DNA from: Promethearchaeia archaeon
Lineage (GTDB): Archaea; Asgardarchaeota; Lokiarchaeia; Sigyniarchaeales; SOKP01
Reading direction: 5' to 3'
DNA length: 64,000 nt
Assembly (NCBI GenBank): GCA_029856155.1
Contig: JAHQWL010000102.1
Location: 1 to 64,000 of the forward strand
This document shows positions 8,608-20,000 of the stretch, in pieces. The notes beneath the pieces are model-generated. The model was not told where the DNA came from. It did not search any database and worked only from the letters and a program-made list of their open reading frames with translations. The number at the start of each line of letters is the position of its first letter. Position 1 is the first letter of the stretch. The translations under genes and the position numbers were made by a program.

Positions 8608-9831
8608 TTACATTTTTTCAACTATTATTGAAAGAATATTATTTCCAAATCCACCAAAATTGCAGGTTATCCCAGTTTCTGCACCATCAATTTGCCTTTT
8701 TCCAGCATCTCCTCTTAATTGCCAAACTAGTTCTACAACTTGAGCAACACCAGTAGCTCCAAGTGGATGACCTCTGGCTTTCAATCCTCCTGAAGGATTA
8801 ATTGGAATTTTTCCACCAATTTCAGTTAAACCTTCATGAGCTGCTTTAGCACCTTCTCCTTTGTCAAAAAACCCAATATCTTCCGATTGAACAGCTTCAA
8901 GAATCTCAAAAGCATCGTGTAATTCAGCTACATCTATATCATCTGGTGTTTTATTAGCCATTTTATATGCTTGACCTGAACAGATTCTCAAAGCTTTAAG
9001 AGTGGTAAAATCTTCACGTTCATATACTATGTGAGTGTCTGTAGCTTGACCAATACCAGAAATTAGAATTGATGTATCATTAAATTCCTTAGCTTTTTCA
9101 GCATTACATAACACTAGAGCTGCCGCTCCATCTGAAATAGGACAAATATGAAATAGTCTTAGAGGGTCTGCTATTATTGGATTGTTTTTATCATCATTAA
9201 GGAAATCATGAACGTTATCCCAACTCCCCTTTCCTTTCTGAATTGCACTTGCCATGAGATCATCAATAGTCCTCTGAAAATGTGCATAGGGATTTAATGC
9301 TCCATTCTTATGATTTTTAATGGCAATATCCGAAATCCAATCAAGCTCAGCATCATATTTATCGAGATATGTTCGTGTTAACATACCTGCAAATGAAGGA
9401 AGAGAGACTCCATGGCATCTTTCTGCTTCTGGATGTGTCAAAGTAGCTACATTTGAAGTTACATAACCAGGAGTTGTGATATGCGTCATTTTTTCACCAC
9501 CAACCACCAAAACAAAATCACTCATTCCAGAAGCAATTGCTTGAAAACCAACTTTAACCGCTGATCCCCCACTTGCAGGACCATTTTTAATATGATCAGC
9601 AGCAGCAGGTAATAAACTTAATTTGTCAACAAGGGCACTTGCAACCCCAGATAAATTATTGAAAACGGAAGGACTCATGGCACCAACATACACAGAATCA
9701 AAGTCTTTATCATTAGTATTTGAATCTTCGATTGCCTCTAAGGAAGCTTCAGACATTAAATCAAGGAGTCCTTTATCCGGTAATTGTCCAAATTTTGTAT
9801 GTCCAACTCCAATTATCGCCACTTTTTCCAT
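8608..9831 (-). CDS. Thiolase-superfamily protein (archaeal/SCP2-type) lacking the N-terminal catalytic Cys
   Basis: ELHDAF and GHPLGATG motifs; NGPASG where CASG is expected. Confidence 0.85.
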   Translation of the reverse strand: MEKVAIIGVGHTKFGQLPDKGLLDLMSEASLEAIEDSNTNDKDFDSVYVGAMSPSVFNNLSGVASALVDKLSLLPAAADHIKNGPASGGSAVKVGFQAIASGMSDFVLVVGGEKMTHITTPGYVTSNVATLTHPEAERCHGVSLPSFAGMLTRTYLDKYDAELDWISDIAIKNHKNGALNPYAHFQRTIDDLMASAIQKGKGSWDNVHDFLNDDKNNPIIADPLRLFHICPISDGAAALVLCNAEKAKEFNDTSILISGIGQATDTHIVYEREDFTTLKALRICSGQAYKMANKTPDDIDVAELHDAFEILEAVQSEDIGFFDKGEGAKAAHEGLTEIGGKIPINPSGGLKARGHPLGATGVAQVVELVWQLRGDAGKRQIDGAETGITCNFGGFGNNILSIIVEKM

Positions 9832-9987
9832 AAATTTTCACCATATTATAATATATTCTTATGTCATTCTGAATAATAAATATTTAAATTAAGTTATAAG
9901 TACTAATTGTTTAGCCTAGATCTGAAACAATTAATATCTTATGACCTAAATTAATTCTTGAGGATTAGAGGAAAAAAATTTTGGAAT

Positions 9988-11160
9988 TTATTTATTTCTT
10001 GTATAACTTTTTTCTATCAAATTAGAGATTTCTTCAAAATTAGCTATTTTTGGATGAAGTGTGTAATTACGGAGATTAAGTGTATCATTAGCTATCGCTC
10101 TAATATTGTCTTTAGATACTGCTTTATCTTCTAAACTTATCCATAATCCAATTTTTTTCAAGAATGATTCAATTTCATCACAACAATTTTCAGCAGCCGA
10201 TTCATCAGAACTTTTTTCTAGAGCGGGGTTAAATAAACGTCCAACAACAGCATATTTCTCAATTGCATGTCTCCAGGTCCAACGATTAACTTCAGGGTAA
10301 AATATCGCGAGGCCTTCACCATGACTGATACCAGATGCATGTCCTCCAAGAGCCATTGCTATTCCGTGAGCGAGTGTGGTTCCTATATTCGAAATGCATA
10401 GACCGCCAAGTGTAGCGGCGAATGAAAGAGCTTCTCTTGCTTCTTTATTGGTGCCATCTTTAATAGCAATTGGTAGATATTTTATTACATTTCTTAATGC
10501 ATGTAGAGCGTATAGATCTATAAATTCTGATGAGTTCTTGTTTATAAATGTTTCAAATGAATGAGTAAATGCATCGAAACCAGTAGAAGCTGTAATTTGT
10601 GGTGGAACAGTCAATGTAAGTTCAGGATCGACCAGTGCAACACTAGGAGTAAGATCCCAACTAGCTAATGCCGATTTAGTTTTATCTTTAGAACTTTTTA
10701 TCACTGACATATTAGTGACTTCTGCCCCTGTACCGCCTGTAGTTGGTACAGCAATGATTGGAAGGATTTTTTTACTGTCAATTCGTTTTTGACCTAACCT
10801 ATAATCCCAAACATTCCCTTCATGCCTAGCACCTACAGCAATAGCTTTTGCGGTGTCAATACTTGAGCCTCCTCCCACTCCTAGGATTACTTCTACTTTA
10901 TTTTCTGCTGCAATCTCAGAGCCTATGTCTACGCATTCATCGGTTGGTTCAGGAATAGCTCCATCATAGTGAATTATTTCTACTCCTTCTTCTTGGCACA
11001 GCTTGCTCACTTTTGTAAATAATTCTTCCATTGCTGGAAAAGGTTTAACAGTAACTAATAAACATTTTTTACCATTTCTTTTCACTACTTTTCCAATCTC
11101 ATTTACACGACCCCAACCAAAATTAATTCGTGTTGGATGATAATAATTAAAATTTCTCAT
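9988..11160 (-). CDS. Iron-containing alcohol dehydrogenase
   Basis: GGGSSIDTAK, PTTGGTGAE, DAFTH and later His ligands. Confidence 0.9.
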   Translation of the reverse strand: MRNFNYYHPTRINFGWGRVNEIGKVVKRNGKKCLLVTVKPFPAMEELFTKVSKLCQEEGVEIIHYDGAIPEPTDECVDIGSEIAAENKVEVILGVGGGSSIDTAKAIAVGARHEGNVWDYRLGQKRIDSKKILPIIAVPTTGGTGAEVTNMSVIKSSKDKTKSALASWDLTPSVALVDPELTLTVPPQITASTGFDAFTHSFETFINKNSSEFIDLYALHALRNVIKYLPIAIKDGTNKEAREALSFAATLGGLCISNIGTTLAHGIAMALGGHASGISHGEGLAIFYPEVNRWTWRHAIEKYAVVGRLFNPALEKSSDESAAENCCDEIESFLKKIGLWISLEDKAVSKDNIRAIANDTLNLRNYTLHPKIANFEEISNLIEKSYTRNK

Positions 11161-11311
11161 AATTCATCAATTTTAGTTTTATTTGCTAGTTTATTTAAAT
11201 AATTATTGATTAAAAGGTTTTGAATCTTTAATTTTGTGTTATAATTAAAAACTATATAGAAATGTAAATAATAATCTTCAAAAAATTAAAATATTTTCGG
11301 AGGAATAAATC

Positions 11312-12214
11312 GTGTTGAAAGGAATCCATTTTTTATTAACCTATACCTGTAATTATACATGTGAACACTGCTTTTTATATTGTAGCCCAAATTCTCAAGG
11401 GACCTTTACAATTAAGCAAATTAGAGAAGTTTTAAGAGAAGCAATAAAAATTGGGACTGTAGAATGGATCTATTTTGAAGGAGGTGAACCATTTTTATAT
11501 TACCCAATAATGCTTCAGGGCCTTAGAGAAGCAAAGGAATCAGGATTCAAAACGGGAGTAGTGACGAATTCATATTGGGCAACAAGTGTTGAGGATGCAG
11601 AACTATGGCTTAAACCTATTTCTGAAATTGGAATTTCAGAATTAAGTATTAGTAATGATGCTTTTCATTATGGAACTGAAGAATTAAATTTATCAAAAAT
11701 GGCTGAAAAAGCGGTAAAAAGTCTGAATCTACCTTCCTCTTCAATTTGTATTGATAAACCTACTAAAGAAGAAGGAATTGATAAAGATCAAGAAAAGGGA
11801 GAACCTGTAATCAAAGGCGGGGCAATGTTTAGAGGTAGAGCTGTTGAAACTTTAACTGAAAACTTACCTCGAAGGTCATGGGAGGAAATGAATAAGTGTC
11901 CGTATGAAGATCTTGAAGGTCTTGGACGTGTACATGTAGATTCATTTGGGAACGTACATATCTGTCAAGGTTTGAGTATTGGAAATATGTGGCAGACACC
12001 CCTTTCAGAAATTATTAATAAATATGATGCCAAAACTCATCCTATCTGTAGACTTTTAATTAATGGGGGTCCGTCTCAACTTATACGAGAATATGAAATA
12101 GAGCATGAGGATAACTATGTTGACGAATGCCATCTTTGCTATCTTGCAAGAATGAAGCTTATAGATAAATTTCCACAATATCTTGCTCCTAAGCAAGTAT
12201 ATGGATTAGAGTAA
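11312..12214 (+). CDS. Radical SAM protein with C-terminal Cys-rich (SPASM/twitch-like) extension
   Basis: CNYTCEHC; EGGEP; later Cys residues (KCPY, HICQ, ECHLC). Confidence 0.85.
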   Translation: MLKGIHFLLTYTCNYTCEHCFLYCSPNSQGTFTIKQIREVLREAIKIGTVEWIYFEGGEPFLYYPIMLQGLREAKESGFKTGVVTNSYWATSVEDAELWLKPISEIGISELSISNDAFHYGTEELNLSKMAEKAVKSLNLPSSSICIDKPTKEEGIDKDQEKGEPVIKGGAMFRGRAVETLTENLPRRSWEEMNKCPYEDLEGLGRVHVDSFGNVHICQGLSIGNMWQTPLSEIINKYDAKTHPICRLLINGGPSQLIREYEIEHEDNYVDECHLCYLARMKLIDKFPQYLAPKQVYGLE

Positions 12215-12459
12215 TTTTATAATTCTAATAAGTTCTTACTTCAAGTAAGGTTCTACTTTTTATTTCTCGTTACCGATAATTACAAAATAATTAAAGGGGT
12301 TATATTAGATAGAAATTCTTATTTAAAAGTATTTCTATGAATTTTTTTTATGATTTTAACCATTTACTATTAAAAGAATTCAAATATCAAAAATCTATTA
12401 TTGTTGCATAGGTAATAAATATTCATTCTAATTTTAAAATGATAAAAAACTGAATCACA

Positions 12460-13653
12460 ATGACTTATATTGATAAAGATAAGTTACGAGCATTATTCAA
12501 ATGGTATATGCAAGAAGTAGGAGATATTTTAGTTTCTGTTCTTTTAGTTGACCGAGACGGATTAATAGTTAATATTTTAACGAGAGATTCTGATAAATTA
12601 GATGAAAAAAAATTTGTTGGGGCATTTAGTTCTTTAGTTGAATTAGTACTAAAAAAATTAACACAAGATTTTGATCTTGGAACCTTTGGTGCGGGCACAT
12701 TTGATACAAATAAATACAGATTTATTTTTTGTGAATCTGGATCGGAACATGTTCTAGTCTCAATACTCAATCATACTGCCTTAGTTGATGATATATTTCC
12801 ATATACTTATTTAACTGCTGATAAAGTAGCAAGGATTATCGATGGAGAACTACCAGTCAGCCCTGTGATTCCAAAAGTAAAAAGAGATACTGAACTTGAA
12901 AAAATTAAGCGAAAAATGGAATATTATCAAAGTAAGCCTCACTCACCTGAGTATGTCTATAAACTTTCTTTGATCGGAGATGGTGGAGTGGGAAAAACTA
13001 GTATGGCTCAAAGATATGTTCATGGAATATTTAATGCAGATTATAAAGCAACCATTGGTACTTATATCTCTAAGAAAGAATGTGAATTTAAAGAATTGGG
13101 AACGTCTATCAGATTTATGATATGGGATTTAGCGGGACAAAGTCAATTCGAAAGATTATGGCCAGATTATTTAACAGATTCTCGTGTGGGAATCATAATT
13201 TTTGATATAACAAACCTCGAATCATTTAAGCATATAAAGAAATGGCATGATATAATTAAAAGAGTTGCATTGCCTCATATTGTTTTAATTCTTGTTGGAA
13301 ATAAAGTTGATTTAAAAGATTCTAGAGTAGTATCAACGGAAAAAGGTATGAATTTAGCCAAAGAATTAGGCATTTATTATATGGAAACCTCTGCAAAGAC
13401 TAATCAAAATATTGAAGAAGTTTTTGAATGGATTGCACTCCAAATTATCAACCAAAATATTGAAGATGTAAAAGACAATTTATTTGATAAACAAATTGAA
13501 GAAGGAATTAAATATGTAATTTCAAGTCCGCAATTAAAGATATTAAATCAATATTTTACTAAACAACTTGATTATTGTATTGGAAAGAGTGGTACTACAG
13601 AAATTATTAAGTATTTAGATATATTAAAAGCAATTGAAAAAAATAAGTTATAG
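12460..13653 (+). CDS. Roadblock/LC7-like domain fused to Rab-like small GTPase
   Basis: N-terminal LLVDRDGLIV roadblock pattern; GDGGVGKT, WDLAGQ, GNKVD, ETSAK. Confidence 0.85.
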   Translation: MTYIDKDKLRALFKWYMQEVGDILVSVLLVDRDGLIVNILTRDSDKLDEKKFVGAFSSLVELVLKKLTQDFDLGTFGAGTFDTNKYRFIFCESGSEHVLVSILNHTALVDDIFPYTYLTADKVARIIDGELPVSPVIPKVKRDTELEKIKRKMEYYQSKPHSPEYVYKLSLIGDGGVGKTSMAQRYVHGIFNADYKATIGTYISKKECEFKELGTSIRFMIWDLAGQSQFERLWPDYLTDSRVGIIIFDITNLESFKHIKKWHDIIKRVALPHIVLILVGNKVDLKDSRVVSTEKGMNLAKELGIYYMETSAKTNQNIEEVFEWIALQIINQNIEDVKDNLFDKQIEEGIKYVISSPQLKILNQYFTKQLDYCIGKSGTTEIIKYLDILKAIEKNKL

Positions 13654-13670
13654 AGCAATTTAGTAACATA

Positions 13671-16559
13671 TTAATCATTTATATAAAGAGCGGGCTTGAA
13701 CGGTTTTGCTCTTGTAGATCTTTGTTTTGGATCAAAATCAGAATTAATTACAATCAAGGAATTTACTCGTTTTTCTATATAAGATTTATAATGATTAAGT
13801 AATTCAACTTCTTCTACTTGTAGCCATTGTTTTTCCCATATTCGGTCTCTTAATTGACTATTTATAAAAGGTACGAGTTCTTTATTACTAATCAACTTAC
13901 TATCTTTTTTTATCTCAGACATTATATCATTAAAATTCCCTTTTTTTGATATTATTAAGTCTGAAGTTTTATACTTCCACCTAGGAGCCGTATATAGATT
14001 TATTTCACCAGATTTCAGTGATTTTATGATTTTTTTTATACTGAAAATATCCTCAATAACATTTGAGATATAATCGAATTCAAGTTCAAGGTTGTTATTA
14101 ATATAGTGTTTATTAAAGTCTCCCCAAATTACTTTTGATATTAATCCAATGTTTCCGGAAAATTCCCACAATTCCTCGCATATATGAGGTAGTGTTAAGG
14201 AAAGCATTTTTAACCAATCCTCATAAACTAATTTAAATACTATTAGAAAATCATCTATATTGTCAGTATCTCTATAAAATTCCTGTACTAGATTAAAAAT
14301 CTCATAAAATGAAGTTTGAAGATATCTCCTTATATTGTATTCTTCTAAAGCTTTTTGAGCTTCAATAAATCTTTTAATAATTTTAGAAAGTATCACTCTT
14401 GAATATTTAGATTTAATAGTTCCAAATTTAGCGTCAATTTTTTTTGATTGCTCGATTTTATCAGAAATAAAAGTATAAAATTTGAATATGTGATTTTTAA
14501 CCGTCTCTATTTCTTTTTGTCGAAAATCCATATAAACACCAAAATCCGCACCATGAGATATATAGAATCTAAATAAATCAGCAGAATATTTTTTTTTAAT
14601 ATCTGCAAGAGGAACCACGTTTCCTTTTGATTTACCCATTTTCTGGCCTTCTACATTGACTGGTTCGATTAAACTAATAATTTTTGGCCAATGTTTTTCT
14701 GGAAAAATAGCAACATGATGAAATATGTAAAAACTCAAATGATTGGAAATGTGCATTATTGCAGTATGGCGATGGTCAACTGGATACCAATATTGGAACT
14801 CTTCCTGCATTTCTTTAAGGATTTTCTCTTCAATATTGATTTTTTTTGATAGTGTAGTCACATCTCTTTTCTTTAAGAGTACAAAATCAAAGAAATCTGG
14901 AATTAACTGTTCTGGTTTAATTTGATATTCTATTATTTTATGTGATATTGTATAGAATGCCATGTATATTGTCGAATCGCTTAGAGATTCTATTATCCAC
15001 TCGTTATTGAAAGGCAATTGTGTCCCTAGACCCCTCTTTCTTGCGCAGGGTCTTTTTTCAAGCCATTTAAAAATATTTTCAAAATTTAATCGATACTTAT
15101 TAGGTATAATTTTCATGTTATTAAGACATTCAAATGCATTCTTTTTCCAATCTCCCGCATTAAAATTAAGAAACCACTGATCCTTTAGAATGGAAACTAT
15201 AATGTTAGCACCACATTTGCATCTAAGGTTTTTAGTAACCGGAATAAATAATTTATCTGCTCTATTCTCTTTGATTAAATCTTCTGAAACCTGTTTGGCC
15301 GCATCACTAACTTTCATTCCTTGGTATTTACCACATTTATCATTAAGAAATCCATTATAAAATTCATTTTTATAATTCTCACTTGTTGCTAAATCTAGTT
15401 CTTCTTTGTCTTTTTGAGAATCGACATTATATTTCTCACAGTAAATTTTTGCAGGAAAATCTTTGAAGCCTTTTAATTCGATAATCTGAATTGGATAAAT
15501 TAATTCGGTTTCTCTTTTATCTAAATTAAATTCTTCAGTTAGTTCTGTATCTTTTTGCAAATCAATTAGTGCTATGTAATCATAAGGAGCATGAGCTGGA
15601 ACTGAATAAACCACACCAGTAGCTGTAGCTGTATCAACAAAATCTCCGGGTAAAATCGGAATTTCTTTAATTCCATAGACATCTCTAGCCTTTTTACCAA
15701 CAATTTTACTTCCTTTAAAATTATCTAATACTTTAATCTCTTTATTTTGATTTTCTAACAAGTGGGTTGCTTCCTCGGAGATAAACCATATTTCTCCATT
15801 TATATTAGCCTTAATATAATCTCCATTTGGTTTTATCCATATATTTGTGATTCCATATATTGTTTCTGGTCTTAATGTTGAAGCTATAAGAAAACCATCC
15901 TCAAAAGGGAATTTTATACAAATAAATTCATTAATATTAAGGTCTAATTCATCCCCACTAACAATATCGTCCTCACCTACGGCATTATCATCTCGTGGGC
16001 AATATAAAATTGGATATTCACCTTTTTCAATATATCCCTTTTCATTTAAATGATAATATTGCCATTCGATGAATTTATTATAGATTTTGTCTCCAGTCGT
16101 AAATTCTCTTCTCCAGTCCAAACTCATACCAATTGATTTAAAATCCATTTTAATAGTGTTAGAAAAGTATTTTACAATATTCCAAGGATCTACAAAACTA
16201 TCAACAATTTCATCTACTCTTTTCTGATCTTTAGTATGTAATAATACGTATTCTTTCATCCTAGTTATTTGTATTTGATCCCCTCTTTCTATAGATGAAG
16301 AAATTGCTAAAACTGGAGTTCCTGTTATATGAAATGCCATAGGATATAACACATTATATCCTTTCGCCCGATAATATCGAGCAAATATATCTCCGTTAAC
16401 AAAACTCCTCCCATGACCTATATGAGTAGGACCTGAAGCATATGGATAAGGAGAGGTAATAAATATTTTCTCTATTTTCTTATCTGGATTTGCTTCGAAT
16501 ATTTTCGTTTCTTCCCACTTATCCTGCCATTTCTTTTCAATTTCTTGTGGATTATACAT
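13671..16559 (-). CDS. leuS: Leucyl-tRNA synthetase (archaeal type)
   Basis: HIGH and KMGKS signatures; TLRPET editing domain; C-terminal AKPFKPALYI. Confidence 0.95.
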   Translation of the reverse strand: MYNPQEIEKKWQDKWEETKIFEANPDKKIEKIFITSPYPYASGPTHIGHGRSFVNGDIFARYYRAKGYNVLYPMAFHITGTPVLAISSSIERGDQIQITRMKEYVLLHTKDQKRVDEIVDSFVDPWNIVKYFSNTIKMDFKSIGMSLDWRREFTTGDKIYNKFIEWQYYHLNEKGYIEKGEYPILYCPRDDNAVGEDDIVSGDELDLNINEFICIKFPFEDGFLIASTLRPETIYGITNIWIKPNGDYIKANINGEIWFISEEATHLLENQNKEIKVLDNFKGSKIVGKKARDVYGIKEIPILPGDFVDTATATGVVYSVPAHAPYDYIALIDLQKDTELTEEFNLDKRETELIYPIQIIELKGFKDFPAKIYCEKYNVDSQKDKEELDLATSENYKNEFYNGFLNDKCGKYQGMKVSDAAKQVSEDLIKENRADKLFIPVTKNLRCKCGANIIVSILKDQWFLNFNAGDWKKNAFECLNNMKIIPNKYRLNFENIFKWLEKRPCARKRGLGTQLPFNNEWIIESLSDSTIYMAFYTISHKIIEYQIKPEQLIPDFFDFVLLKKRDVTTLSKKINIEEKILKEMQEEFQYWYPVDHRHTAIMHISNHLSFYIFHHVAIFPEKHWPKIISLIEPVNVEGQKMGKSKGNVVPLADIKKKYSADLFRFYISHGADFGVYMDFRQKEIETVKNHIFKFYTFISDKIEQSKKIDAKFGTIKSKYSRVILSKIIKRFIEAQKALEEYNIRRYLQTSFYEIFNLVQEFYRDTDNIDDFLIVFKLVYEDWLKMLSLTLPHICEELWEFSGNIGLISKVIWGDFNKHYINNNLELEFDYISNVIEDIFSIKKIIKSLKSGEINLYTAPRWKYKTSDLIISKKGNFNDIMSEIKKDSKLISNKELVPFINSQLRDRIWEKQWLQVEEVELLNHYKSYIEKRVNSLIVINSDFDPKQRSTRAKPFKPALYIND

Positions 16560-16629
16560 TTTTTTTTAACACAATCTTGACTTTTCTGTTCTTTATTTCA
16601 ACTCGAATCCTTTTTTGAGTTATCAACCG

Positions 16630-16725
16630 CCTATATTCTTTTTCAATTAAATTTACCAGCCAAGCAAACAAATCCATGGAAAAGGTAAAAGAAAAAGAGT
16701 ATAGGGATTTGTTTCGCTCAAGATA
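16630..16725 (-). promoter_or_regulatory. Structured leuS 5' leader with two interleaved inverted repeats
   Basis: A 16705-16719 pairs with A' 16661-16675; B 16691-16705 pairs with B' 16630-16644 (14/15 bp); B is a pyrimidine/U-rich tract in the mRNA. Confidence 0.65.
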
Positions 16726-16777
16726 ATAATAAAACTGCGAGTAAATACACTAAAGATATTTTTTCCTTTAGGTTCAT
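16718..16777 (-). CDS. Putative Leu-rich leader peptide MNLKEKISLVYLLAVLLLS
   Basis: 7 Leu in 19 codons, including TTA-TTA-TTA just before the last codon; upstream of leuS and downstream of a TATATATA box (~16817-16824); alternative in-frame ATG at 16804. Confidence 0.6.
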   Translation of the reverse strand: MNLKEKISLVYLLAVLLLS

Positions 16778-17003
16778 CTTTAAAGCAGTCTTATTTGAAT
16801 TCATTCTTATAAAGATTATATATATTTTTATATTAAAATATTTCTAGGATCTTGAGTCATATTTTATTAATCCAATAGAATATAGAAGATAAGGCTAAGA
16901 TTTAATTCTTTTGCGATAACTCGTTTTTAGAAAATAGTACAAATTGTTAAATATATCCTTTTATTTCATTTTTTAGTGCTTCATTTAAAATAATACTAAT
17001 TAT

Positions 17004-20000
17004 TTGAAAGAAATTGGGGTTAAGTATATCGTGAAAAATATTACTACACGTAATAAACTTAAAGTTGATTTTGAAAATAACGATAAACTATGGCAAATAA
17101 CTCTTGATGCAATGAGTGAATCTGTTTTTCTCATTGATTTAGAGCATAAAATCCTCCAATGTAATAAAGCAACTTTAGATATTTTGGGAAAGTCTAATTT
17201 CAATGAAATTATAGGCCATTCTTGTTGGGAACTAGTGCATTGTACTACAGCACCAATTAATTGGTGCCCCGTTAACCGTATGAGGCAAACGGGCCAAAGA
17301 GAGTCTACAGTTCAGATTTTAAACGGTAGATGGGTTGAAATTTCTGTAGAACCCGTTTTCAGTGATGAGGGAGAGATCACTGGAGCTGTTCATATCATTA
17401 CTGACATTAGTGCCCGAAAAAAAGCAGAAGATGATCTAAGTGAATCAGAACAGCAATATCTCACAATTCTTAATTCTTTAAGTGATGCTATGCATGTGGT
17501 GGATAGAGATTTAAAAATCATATTCCAAAATCCCGCTATGATTCAATGGCTCGAACAGTTGAATTTAAGTTCTGATCTTATAAGTAAGACCATTTTCGAG
17601 GCATTTCCTTTCTTAGATTATAATAAAGTCTATAATGAATATGATAAAGTCTTCAATGATAGGGAACTTCTAATCACTACAGAAGCTGTCAAACTATTTG
17701 ATCGAAATGTATTTACTGAGACTATAAAAATTCCAATGATTAGGGAGGGTGAAGTTAGCCATATTATTACTATTTTAAGGGATATTACTGATCAAAAGGA
17801 AGCTGAACAAAAACTAAGAGCTTCTGAAGAAAAATATCGATATTTAATTGAAAATGCATTTGAAGGAGTATGGGTTATAGATTCAAATGCTGATACAGTT
17901 TTAGTTAATCCTAGTATGGCACATATTTTAGGTTATTCTGCAGAGGAAATGATTGGAGAATCTTTATTTTCTTTTATGGATGAAAAAGCAGTTAAAATTA
18001 CTAAAAACCATTTAGAAAAACGAAAACAAGGTATCTCTGAGGAACGAGATGCTGAAATGATTCATAAAAATGATAAAAAAGTCTTTCTAAGAATAAGACC
18101 AACTCCTATATTTAACCATCTCGGGAAGTATGAAGGAACCTACGCTTTTCTAGCAAATATTATACAGAGAAAATCGGCTGAGCAAAAGTTGAAAGAATCT
18201 GAAAAGAAATTTAGAAATCTATTCGAAAATTCTCCTAATATAATAATACTTTTAGATCAAAAAGGTGTCATCCTGGATTTTAATCAATTATTTCTAAATA
18301 AATTTAATTTTGAAAAGAAAGAATTAGTAGGGAAGGATTTTCGTGATATTCTTAGGATTAATTCAGGGAATACCTTAACTGCCGTTGAACAATATAAAAA
18401 ATTAATACAGAATGGAAAAGTAGAACCTTTTGAATTAGGAATAACAAATGTAGAAGGAAAGCAGGTATGGATCAATCTTCAGGCTTCCGAAATTGAAATA
18501 GGTAATCAACATATTATACAAGTAATATTACAAGACATTACGGAAAAAAAGTTTGCTGAAACTGAATTAAAAGAATCTGAAGAAAAGTTCAGGATTATTG
18601 CTGAACAGTCATTTATGGGCATAATAATATTACAAAATGGAGTTTTTAAATATTTTAATGAACAAGCAGCTAAAATGAATGGATATTCAATGGAAGAAAT
18701 ACGAAATTGGGAACCGTATGAATTTCAAAAACTTATTTATCCAGATGATAGAGATTTTGTTATGGCACAAGTACGAAAAAAACAAGCTGGTGAACCAGAT
18801 GTTTTTTCTCATTATCAATATAGGGTTATAAAGAAAAATGGAGAAGTAATTTGGGTTGAAAATTTTTCAAAGACAATAAACTACGGAGGAAGACCTGCTG
18901 ATTTTGTGATGACAATTGATATTGATGACAAAATAAAATCAGATCAGAAATTAAAGGAATCTGAAGAAAATTTCAGAACTATTGCGGAGCAAGCTTTTAT
19001 TGGAACCTTAATAATTCAAGATGACAAAGTGGAGTATGTGAATAATGCTTTGCTGCAAATTTTTGAATATTCTCATGAGGTAATAGATAATTGGAGAAAA
19101 AATGACCTAATCAAACTTATTTACCCTGAAGATTTACAATATTTGAGAGAATATCGCAAAAAATTACGTGCTGGTGAATCTGACATAAAAGAATATTATT
19201 CTTATAGAGTGTTCACTAAATATGGTAAGATAAAATGGATTGATCAATTCTCAAGACCTATTATTTATCGAGGACAACAAGCAGAAATAGTTACCATCAT
19301 GGATATAACTGAAAAAAAGAAAGCTGAAGAAGAATTAAGAAAACTTAACACATTAAAGTCCGAACTTTTAAGAAGAACTTCTCATGAGTTGAAAACACCG
19401 CTTGTTTCAATTAAGGGTTTTTCTGATCTCTTGTTAACAGTACATAAAGACAAATTGGATGATTATGTACTAGCTACTATTCATGAAATAAAGCTTGGAT
19501 GTGAGAGGTTAGAAAATCTTATTCAAGATATTTTAAAAACAGCTGAATTAGAATCTGAATCCGTTGAACTAAAAAAATCTGAAGAAGATATATCATTTTT
19601 AATAAAATTATGCGTTAAAGAATTACAGGGCTTAATAAGGTTAAGAAATCATAATATAAACTTAGAAATTCATGATAAGTTGATAACTAGATTTGAACCA
19701 GACCAAATCCATCTTGTTTTGAGTAATTTACTCAATAATGCAATAAAATATACTCCTCCTAATGGAAAAATTAAAATTAAAACTGATCAAACTAATGATA
19801 CTATTTTAATTTCAATACAAGATAATGGAATCGGAATAACCAATGAAGAAAAAAAGAGATTATTTTCCCAATTTGGTAAAATTGAAAGATATGGACAAGG
19901 ACTTGATATTATATCTGATGGTTCTGGATTAGGATTATTTATAACTAAAAAAATAATAGAATTACATGGTGGAAAGATATGGGTTAGATCTAAAGGGAGG

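Noticed and set aside
9180-9270. Thiolase insertion (SAIQKGKGSWDNVHDFLNDD) as a hidden in-frame intron
   Set aside because: No BHB found, no stop codon, and it reads as a protein-like insertion
16640-16725. leuS leader stem as another BHB intron
   Set aside because: Bulges are 1-2 nt rather than two 3-nt bulges around a 4-bp helix, and no split protein is restored
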